Part shown: piece by piece, positions 21,801 through 28,494 of the stretch
Layout: each line of letters opens with the position of its first letter
How positions within the stretch are numbered: position 1 is the first letter of the stretch
NCBI GenBank assembly: GCA_965248755.1
Contig: OZ252149.1
Coordinates: 3,136,001-3,200,000 of the forward strand
Source of the DNA: Candidatus Latescibacterota bacterium
GTDB taxonomy: Bacteria > Latescibacterota > CBDEFO01
Direction: 5' to 3'
DNA: 64,000 nt
Made by a program: the position numbers and the translations under genes
Notes under the pieces: generated by a model
Database searches by the model: none
Told to the model about the DNA's origin: nothing
What the model saw: the letters and a program-made list of their open reading frames with translations, nothing else

Positions 21801-22654
21801 TCACCTTACCTGATCCTGAATGGCCACACTTCACTTTATCTGTTGCCGATGTAAGCGGTGACGGGACGATCTCTCCTTTGGATGGAGCGCTCATCCTACG
21901 GTTCGTTGTTGGGATCACAGACCGCTTCCCTGTGCAGGCAGGACGATTTCCCAAATTTGTCTCTTCTGAAAGAACCATTCGGTTAGGAGAACAAGAGAAA
22001 TTACGTGATGGCTATTTCCGCGTTCCGATCTCTATAGATGAAATGGATGAAGTGCTTGCAGGCAAGATTCAGCTTACCTTTGATCCTTCGCATGTCACTG
22101 TAAAGGAAGTCTTGTCCGTTGGGTTAACCGCAGATTATCTTTTTGAAAGCAATATCATCCCCGATAGATTCAATCGGGGAAAGGATAAGATCATCATTGC
22201 CTTTGCAGGAGTGAAACCTCTCTCAGGAAGCGGTGAAGTTGCACATATTATCCTTAAAAGTGATACGATGCAGGAAGATATAATGGGAAGTGTTTCTCTG
22301 GAGATGGTAATTTTGAACGAGGGGCAAATCGGTGTGCTTATTGTTGGTAGTGAGGAGAAACAGACGTCGTATCCAGATACTTACCGATTATTTCAGAATT
22401 TCCCGAATCCTTCCAACCCAGAGACGACAATTCGGTATTATCTGCCCTCCTCCACCCCTCTCACGCTGACGATCTATAATCTGTCCGGACAGTTGATTCG
22501 GACACTGGTAGACGGACAAAGATCAGCCGGTAGCCACTCAGTGATATGGGATAGCACGGACGACACCGGAAATCCTGTGGCGAGCGGAATTTATCTCTAT
22601 CGGGTGGAGGCAGATGGATTTGCGCAGACGAGGAAGCTGATATTGATGCGGTAG
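18812..22654 (+). CDS. Large secreted multi-cohesin / Ig-like (ASPM-type, invasin-like) / dockerin protein with FlgD-type tail
   Basis: Signal peptide; IKNVGNGNL...SNDP Ig modules; LKADGAD Big-like domain; GDVSSNGRVGAFDA/ADVSGDGTISPLDG dockerin; QNFPNPSNP tail. Confidence 0.82.
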   Translation: MNTLKLLLRSAILLTLSVNALYAQYGEPFAVSLTGIDGSSTIIANPGEQFQIEARVSPVTKGLFGFSSKFGFDPNVIEMVTEFGQPIIVRVPPLPGNPTPAGGLVAGTTDTLSMGVVASDGVGDSPVSGPILRITFRVKSTATPGDSSPLNLVNTVVSVDTLLAFGPFFGVDIPADTLRSAVVQVPPDTTGSVIDVSPTSIDYGVVLVGGSSDSTIKIKNVGNGNLVLGTLSITGTNAGEFSIFTPPIITIAPSDSTNVVIRFSPQSGGTKSATLVIPSNDPNKPSVNVPLTGAGVSPKTITVTVTDAVGNPGDLVKVKVFVELQPEATLGLSEMDIKLNIDPTVIKVAGTFIKDITTLLPSFSNFATVTNSDSTIHLIGAQGSGIALTFADLGLPGNPEAAWEIGFNVVGSPGDVSPITVNLVTSGLSTGPRGSTNTALNPVDIAVNGSFSIPVVISKTTVVAARTTLKADGADTTLITVTPRKADGSKISTTLNVSVNTTAGSVGGVTAETDSTYTAVLTASNVFETAVVKAIIAGQVAPDSAVVVYQPAPDSRFGEPFTVRLTGTDGDTTIVANPGEEFQIEARVSPVTKGLFGFSSKFGFDPNVIELVTQFGQPIIDRVPALPGNPTPAGGLVAGTTDTLSMGVVASDGVGDFPVGGPVLSITFRVKSTANPGDLSPLNLVDAVVSVDTLSVFGPFFGIDIPADTLISGMVEVIPVTTGADIDFPTRSIDFGPVQVGSSVDSTLKIKNVGNGNLVLGALSITGTNASEFSIVVPPSTTIAPSDSTNVVIRFSPSSDSAKSATLVIPSNDPDKPSVNVPLTGAGNLPSALQVSMPHITASPGELILIPIQITTPGRFAISSTEMFISYDSDVTRALEVVTAGTLTEGWELISFRHSSGILTSIDTAKVAMATPVDTLTGPGTLAFIRVSIPHTAAQGATTPLAFQRLLFNDGDPSAVTQNGSLTVVAILGDVSSNGRVGAFDASLILREVVGLITLPDPEWPHFTLSVADVSGDGTISPLDGALILRFVVGITDRFPVQAGRFPKFVSSERTIRLGEQEKLRDGYFRVPISIDEMDEVLAGKIQLTFDPSHVTVKEVLSVGLTADYLFESNIIPDRFNRGKDKIIIAFAGVKPLSGSGEVAHIILKSDTMQEDIMGSVSLEMVILNEGQIGVLIVGSEEKQTSYPDTYRLFQNFPNPSNPETTIRYYLPSSTPLTLTIYNLSGQLIRTLVDGQRSAGSHSVIWDSTDDTGNPVASGIYLYRVEADGFAQTRKLILMR
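18887..21292 (+). repeat. 810-bp intragenic direct repeat (18887-19696 and 20483-21292)
   Basis: Near-identical cohesin + Ig module pair at DNA and protein level. Confidence 0.92.
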
Positions 22655-22691
22655 GTTTCTAGACCTTTTTGTGAAGCTTACAGGATTGTAC

Positions 22692-22727
22692 AGATAGCCC
22701 GTCAGAGGAGATGACGGGCTATCTTCT
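22692..22727. terminator. Terminator between the secreted-protein gene and the convergent tRNA-Asn
   Basis: AGATAGCCCGTCA...TGACGGGCTATCT followed by TCTT. Confidence 0.7.
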
Positions 22728-22783
22728 TGAACATTTATACCGCTATCGACTATAGGCGCAGTAGGTTTCTGCAACGAATTTCG

Positions 22784-22856
22784 CTCTCCCGGCAGGACTC
22801 GAACCTGCGACACGGTGGTTAACAGCCACCTGCTCTGCCAACTGAGCTACGGGAGA
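22784..22856 (-). tRNA. tRNA-Asn(GTT), CCA not encoded
   Basis: TCTCCCG TAGCTCAG...GGTGG-CTGTTAA-CCACC...GCAGG-TTCGAGT-CCTGC CGGGAGA-G. Confidence 0.96.
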
Positions 22857-23366
22857 GTGACAGTTGTATGCAACAGTTTCAGTGCAAAATTGGCCCTTGA
22901 ACAAGCAGGACGTCCAGTTTCTCCCCGAAAAGTTCTTCGATCACTCTTCGGAGGTTACGTATGATGGTGATCGTTCCCTGTGACATAGAGTCGCCCCCGA
23001 TTGTTACTATCGGGGATCTGGGGGTCGAGATTTCTGGGGATCCCTTTGCAAAATGTTCAAGCTTTATTGCCACATGTAAAGATAAAATCTAATCTATCCT
23101 ATTCCAGATGTCAATAGCAAAAGGTGCTGGCCTACCAAATTTTAACAGGGCTGCTGCAACGTGTAGTCAGTCTTGAACTATAGGGCTCTCAAGTTGATTT
23201 TGTCAGCAGAGACTGATTTTACCCAAGCGGTCAGATAGGACAGAGTTCTTCGATATACCACTAGGGATATTTTTAGCTTGACTCCTGTATCTTTGTATGT
23301 TTATCTTTTGTTAATAATCGATCATATAAAACCTTAATTCTCCAACAAGGAGCAAGGGTCTCTGCA

Positions 23367-24350
23367 ATGAAAAATAAGATATTAGTCGTACCACCTTTCC
23401 TGGATCACAGTGTATTTGAAGAAGATGAAGACACAGGTGTGGACATATTGAAAAGGGAATTGCCCTTCGAGCCGGTTATTGAAGCGTACGAAGTAGGGAC
23501 GCTCTCCGCAGATCGTGCTGAAGGGGTTGCAGCCGTAATAGCGGATGGGTCTAAAGTCGATGAAGAGTTCTTCAAAGCGGCCAAGGGCATTATCTACGCC
23601 AGGTGGGGAACAGGTACAGACGGCTACACCAAGGAGATGGTCCTCAGGAATAATATATTGGCTACCAAAGTGCTGGGCGCAAGCGCAGATGCCGTTGCCG
23701 AGTACTCTATCTGGGCCATTCTGGACCTTTTAAAGGAAGCGACGTACAACAACAATCTGGCTCATCAGGGACAAGCAAGGAGGGTAGTAGCAAGACAGAT
23801 CAAAGGCAAGACGGTGGGTATTTACGGATTCGGCCTGATAGGCCAGGGCGTAGCAAGAAAACTCAAGGGATTGGAAGTCCATATTCTGGCATACGATATG
23901 GTAGATAAAAGCCAGATAGCAGATGAGATAGACGTGGAGTTAGTCGCAGCCCCTGAAGAGCTCTTAGCTAGATCGGACATCGTCTCTTTGCATGTCTCTG
24001 CCTCGGACACGATCATTGACAAGGCCGCCATAGAAAAAATGAAGGATGGGGCAATATTGGTGAACCCTTCCAGAGACTTTCTGATAGACGAGACGGCTGT
24101 GTACGAAGCGTTAGAATGCGGGAAACTTTCGGGAGTCTATCAGGAAGAACTTCCCCAAGAAGAGCGGCTGCGCGGACATCCACATGCCCTCTTCAGCCAT
24201 CACAACGCAGGAATATCTGTCGAAGCCTGCAGGGCTTTGACTACTACGACCGCTCACCAACTAGCCGACTTCCTCAACGGGTACCAACCTGAGCATATAG
24301 TCTATCGGGAAGTGCTGAAAAATATGAATCTCAAACCTAAAAGAAGATAA
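23367..24350 (+). CDS. D-isomer-specific 2-hydroxyacid dehydrogenase (SerA-like)
   Basis: GIYGFGLIG, YD, SLHV, LVNPSR, HNAG; AAGGAG RBS. Confidence 0.88.
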   Translation: MKNKILVVPPFLDHSVFEEDEDTGVDILKRELPFEPVIEAYEVGTLSADRAEGVAAVIADGSKVDEEFFKAAKGIIYARWGTGTDGYTKEMVLRNNILATKVLGASADAVAEYSIWAILDLLKEATYNNNLAHQGQARRVVARQIKGKTVGIYGFGLIGQGVARKLKGLEVHILAYDMVDKSQIADEIDVELVAAPEELLARSDIVSLHVSASDTIIDKAAIEKMKDGAILVNPSRDFLIDETAVYEALECGKLSGVYQEELPQEERLRGHPHALFSHHNAGISVEACRALTTTTAHQLADFLNGYQPEHIVYREVLKNMNLKPKRR

Positions 24351-24507
24351 AATCCTCACTACGACCTTCCCACTGCTTTTCTCGGCTTTTTTGTCAACTC
24401 CGCTCACCGGTTTCTCTGTGTTCTGGCTCCCCATACGCAAGTAGACAGTAAACAGGGACATAGCTTCCCATCCCTGTGTGCTGTCTACTATGTTTTGGTC
24501 GCCATAT

Positions 24508-24535
24508 GAACTTTTGAATTCCCCGCGGTGTCTTA
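24508..24535 (+). promoter_or_regulatory. Candidate ECF-type promoter upstream of the ECF sigma gene
   Basis: GAACTT-N16-GTCTTA. Confidence 0.5.
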
Positions 24536-24630
24536 TGTAGTGAAAGCCTTTTCCCACAAAAAAGTTCTTCCCCGATTGAATCCCCAATAGCATCAATTGG
24601 GGATCGGAGATAGACGAAGATAAAAGGGCT

Positions 24631-25236
24631 TTGATGACACAATCCGATCGAGACCTCATTGGGAAGATTCGGGATCGCGATGCCAACGCCTTCGAGACGC
24701 TATTTGTGCGCTACAGGGAGATGGTCCGCCGACACTTGGCGAGCATAGTGCACGACGAGGATGGGGCCGACGACCTGGTGCAGGAGGTCTTTCTGCGGGT
24801 ATGGACTCGCGCAGAGCAGTGGAACGGCCGGGGGGCATTTAAGGCGTGGCTCTTCCGCATCGCTACAAACCTTGCACTTAACCACCTGCGCAGTCTGCGT
24901 AGGAGAAGACAGCAATCTCTCGACATCTCAGCGGATCCAGCCGACGACGACGACGAAAGTCCTGTCCCCGGATGGATGATCGACGCCTCGTCACTCGGAC
25001 CTGATGCGGTGCTTGAACAGGCCGAACAGCACGACCTACTCCAGGGTCTTATCGATAGGTTGCCCGAAGAAAAGCGCGAGGTTTTCCGGATGGTGCACGA
25101 GGTGGAGGTGGACATTCGGGATGTCGCCCACGCACTTGATATCCCAGAGGGCACCGTAAAATCGCGCCTGCACTACGCCAGGAAACATCTCGCTCGAAAA
25201 TGGAAGGAAATAGCGATAGAATGGGAGGATATGTAA
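24631..25236 (+). CDS. ECF RNA polymerase sigma factor
   Basis: Region 2 ADDLVQEVFLRVW...FKAWLFRIATN; region 4 LPEEKREVF...IPEGTVKSRLHYAR. Confidence 0.96.
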   Translation: MMTQSDRDLIGKIRDRDANAFETLFVRYREMVRRHLASIVHDEDGADDLVQEVFLRVWTRAEQWNGRGAFKAWLFRIATNLALNHLRSLRRRRQQSLDISADPADDDDESPVPGWMIDASSLGPDAVLEQAEQHDLLQGLIDRLPEEKREVFRMVHEVEVDIRDVAHALDIPEGTVKSRLHYARKHLARKWKEIAIEWEDM

Positions 25237-28200
25237 TGGCACTGGATATATCTGCGTTTTGGCATAGGGAATCGTTCGACCGGTTTTTGAAGGACCAGTT
25301 ACCCCAGCTCCTGGCTGCTCGGATGCCGCTTGTCGCCTATCATGTCGAATCGACCGGCATCTACACCTGTCACGTTAAGGTTGCTTTTGGGTCTGCCTCC
25401 GGAGACGTAGACGTCGAGTACACTGACCTTCCTCAACCGGACGAGGAAGGTATCTTCGAGGTCGAAAGCGTAAAGTATGTGGTCGTCCCGATAGCCTTTC
25501 AAGAGGAGTTAGACCTCGCCGAGATCCGCTGTGTCGGCGAACAGCTTTACGACTACTTTGAAGAGCGCCTGGGCGAAGCGCCGGAGGACTTACCATGGGA
25601 CGAGTCGCTCGCGCGAGCCTGGCTTCCGCTCAATGTGTGGATGCGTGAATTCCTGCACGCGGACCTACCGTGGGACGGAAATATAGTGCAAACGGCCCAC
25701 ACGCTCCATGATCAAAACTGGCTCGACAGGCATGCGCATCTGCGGCGCATCGTAGTTATGGACCCAAAGAAGATGTTCACACCTGGGCACCTCGGCCGCA
25801 CCTGTCCCTTCGAGACGCCGGAGGGCCCCAATATCGGTCGAATCCTAAGCATCGCCATGGGCGCGGAGATCAGCGATGGGAAGCTCGTCATTGTCAATGA
25901 TAAGCCTGAAGCTTCCATCGGTCTTTCAGCGTCTATGGTCCCCTTTCTGGAGCACAACGACCCGAACCGACAGCTTATGGGGGTCAACATGATGCGTCAG
26001 TGGTTCGTGCCGGCGGAGGTGGAACCTGCGCTCGTCCAGACCGGAAATGAACCCGACGCACCCGGCTTCTGGTGCGGGCGCAACCTGCTGACTGCCTTTG
26101 TCTCATGGGGTGCGGACACCTTCGAAGACGGCATCGTGGTGGGCAAATCGTGCGCCGAGCGCCTCAACTACCCCCATCCCGTCGAAGTGGGAGACAAGAT
26201 CAGCAACCGCCACGGAACCAAGGGCGTTGTGGCGAATATCCTGCCCGACAAAGAAATGCCGCACCTCGCCGATGGCACTCCGATAGAACTCGTTTTCAAC
26301 TTTATCAGCGTTCATTCGCGGATGAACCTCGGTCAACTGCGTGAGGCGCTAACAAGCCGCATCGCGAAAGCGGAGGGAGCGCCAGTCGTTGTGCCCCCAT
26401 TCGGCGCGCCGGGTGAACGTGAACTTCGCGAACGCCTTGCAAAGGCCGGACTTCCTGAAGACGGGATGGAGGTCCTCACGCTCGGACGCGATGGGCTGAA
26501 ACTGTGCCGGCCGAGCACAGTCGGATGGGTCTACTGGGGACGGCTCAATCACCTGGCGCGCAATAAGATATTTGTGTCTACCGATCACCATAAGCGCTCT
26601 TCAAAACAGGGCGAACTTGAGTATTATGCACTACGCGACGTCGGCACATTTGAAAACCTGATGGAGCATTTCAACACGCGCGCCCTCCGGCGGGACGATG
26701 CGGATAAACTCGCAGATCGCGTCGCAGAAGGCGCGGTCGAACAGGCCGGCCCGCCGACTCCCGGGTTCTCCGAAATAGCTCGGCGTCTTGTGGCTGGGGG
26801 GATCCAAGCAGAACTCGAAGGTGAGAAGCTAACGTTCAAATTTGCCAAACCCGAGGGCGATACTCTCAAGCTTGCCCGTCCAGTTGCGCATCCGTGGATA
26901 TGTGATCAAGAATTAGATGAGATCGGCGCTTTTGATGAACTTTCCGAATACCGCAATCTCGCCGAGGTCAACGCCAAAGCAGAACGCATACTCGCAAGCG
27001 ACGCTCCCGAAAGCCTGACCCGCAAAGCTTTTGAACAGCTCCAAACCCACGTGGGAAAGTTCTTCGACGCTCTCCTTGGCCCTCCCCACCTGCGCTTCGG
27101 CGAAAACTCACTCTTCAGCGGGCGAACGGTGATCTCGCCGGGGGCGGACCTTCGGATCGACCAGTTGGGACTTCCGGAAGAGATCGCGTGGACGCTCTTT
27201 GGGCCACTTGTAAGGCGAGAACTCAGCGTAGGGGCAGACTCGCGTGTCTGCCCTCCAGATTCGGGCGAACACATGGGTTCGCCCCTACATAAAGAGGAAG
27301 TAGACACCAGAAGCCCGCGTGCAACGGAGGAGCTCGACGAGATAATGGCGCGCTCGTGGGTCCTTCTACAGCGCATTATGCCCACGTCGTTCCTCGCGTT
27401 TCACCCCGTGCGGTGTCCAGGTCGCACTATCCATATCCATCCGCTCGTGTGTAGCCTGATGAACGCCGACTTTGACGGTGATCAGGCCGCTGTCTTCCTG
27501 CCGATCACCGAGGGCGCACAGCGCGAGGCTGGCGAGCGTCTGTCCGTCGCCGGTCACCTTGCGCGCGACCCGGAACTGCTCAAGTCACTGCTCCCGACGC
27601 ATGAAGCGATGTGGGGCGTTGCGAGTCTGAGCCTTACACCAAAAGGGCGCGAAGAGGTCTCAGAGCTTGCAGGGACTGACGTGACTGCACCCGACGGTAT
27701 CATCACGAGAGACTCGCTTGCCGAGGCGATGAAAGGCGTCCTTGAGTGCGATGGGATCGATAAGACCCTCGAAGTGCTCGAACGGCTGATGCGGCGAGGA
27801 TTTGAGGTCGCAAAGGAATCCGGAGCGTCCATTAGCCCGTTCATCGGGTCGAGCTTAAAGCGCTCGCCAGAGCCAGAAGAGGGTGACGCTGAGATGTGGG
27901 ATGACTACGCGGAGGAGCTTGTGGAACGGATCGCAGGACGCACGGACTTTGAGGACAACGATATGGGTCCGCAACTTCTTGCGATAAAGAGCGGCGCACG
28001 AGGTCAACTGCGCCAGCTTGCCTACCTGGTCGGGGCACGGGGCACAGCTACGGATGTCCGGGGGAGGGACGTACCGATCCGCCGCGGATATTCCGATGGC
28101 CTGACGCCCCAGGAGATGTACGCCGCTGTGGTCGGCGCACGGGAGGGACTTGCCGAAACAGTGCTGGAGACGTGGACGCGGTTTGGACTCGAATTTCATG

Positions 28201-28370
28201 AGGCAAGACAGCCGAAAGGCTTCAACTTCCTTGCGCGCGCAATGCGGGCAAAGCGCCCCGGCATCGTCTTCGCTCGCGCCGCGGCAACGGGCGAGATCGA
28301 TCCACTTACGGACGTCGACAGTCGCCTGTTCGTCGGACTACCCGCAAAATTAGTAGACAGCAAACAGTAG
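25236..28370 (+). CDS. Compact single-chain RNA polymerase beta/beta-prime fusion protein (~1044 aa)
   Basis: RpoB motifs GRTCPFETPEGPNIG, PFLEHND..R.LMGVNMMRQ, FED, GDKISNRHGTKG, SRMNLGQ, RLNHL, GELE, then RpoC motifs SGRTVI, HPLVC..NADFDGDQ, SGARG, GAREGL; TAATG overlap with the sigma stop and GGAGG RBS. Confidence 0.9.
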   Translation: MALDISAFWHRESFDRFLKDQLPQLLAARMPLVAYHVESTGIYTCHVKVAFGSASGDVDVEYTDLPQPDEEGIFEVESVKYVVVPIAFQEELDLAEIRCVGEQLYDYFEERLGEAPEDLPWDESLARAWLPLNVWMREFLHADLPWDGNIVQTAHTLHDQNWLDRHAHLRRIVVMDPKKMFTPGHLGRTCPFETPEGPNIGRILSIAMGAEISDGKLVIVNDKPEASIGLSASMVPFLEHNDPNRQLMGVNMMRQWFVPAEVEPALVQTGNEPDAPGFWCGRNLLTAFVSWGADTFEDGIVVGKSCAERLNYPHPVEVGDKISNRHGTKGVVANILPDKEMPHLADGTPIELVFNFISVHSRMNLGQLREALTSRIAKAEGAPVVVPPFGAPGERELRERLAKAGLPEDGMEVLTLGRDGLKLCRPSTVGWVYWGRLNHLARNKIFVSTDHHKRSSKQGELEYYALRDVGTFENLMEHFNTRALRRDDADKLADRVAEGAVEQAGPPTPGFSEIARRLVAGGIQAELEGEKLTFKFAKPEGDTLKLARPVAHPWICDQELDEIGAFDELSEYRNLAEVNAKAERILASDAPESLTRKAFEQLQTHVGKFFDALLGPPHLRFGENSLFSGRTVISPGADLRIDQLGLPEEIAWTLFGPLVRRELSVGADSRVCPPDSGEHMGSPLHKEEVDTRSPRATEELDEIMARSWVLLQRIMPTSFLAFHPVRCPGRTIHIHPLVCSLMNADFDGDQAAVFLPITEGAQREAGERLSVAGHLARDPELLKSLLPTHEAMWGVASLSLTPKGREEVSELAGTDVTAPDGIITRDSLAEAMKGVLECDGIDKTLEVLERLMRRGFEVAKESGASISPFIGSSLKRSPEPEEGDAEMWDDYAEELVERIAGRTDFEDNDMGPQLLAIKSGARGQLRQLAYLVGARGTATDVRGRDVPIRRGYSDGLTPQEMYAAVVGAREGLAETVLETWTRFGLEFHEARQPKGFNFLARAMRAKRPGIVFARAAATGEIDPLTDVDSRLFVGLPAKLVDSKQ
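27228..27288. repeat. GTAG-type REP doublet inside the polymerase-like ORF
   Basis: GTAGGGGCAGAC..GTCTGCCC-spacer-GGGCGAAC..GTTCGCCCCTAC. Confidence 0.85.
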
Positions 28371-28494
28371 ACAGCACACAGGGCTTCCCCCTGCCCATCT
28401 CCCTTGAAAGGCGAGATTGCTTCGCTATCGCTCGCAATGACACAGAGAGTGTTGGCAATGATGTTGCTTGTCCTTTTGTCATTGCACAGTGCCA

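Noticed and set aside
7487..24570. Recurrent TTTCCC..AAAAGTTCT motif (about 7490, 9050, 22918, 24549) as minus-strand ECF promoters
   Set aside because: GAACTT is present but the -10 spacing is inconsistent between copies, so a regulon cannot be supported.
25236..28370. Housekeeping rpoB/rpoC or a decayed pseudogene of them
   Set aside because: Far too short, not in the rplL-rpoBC-rpsL context, and deletions fall between conserved motifs while a single frame stays open for over 1000 codons.
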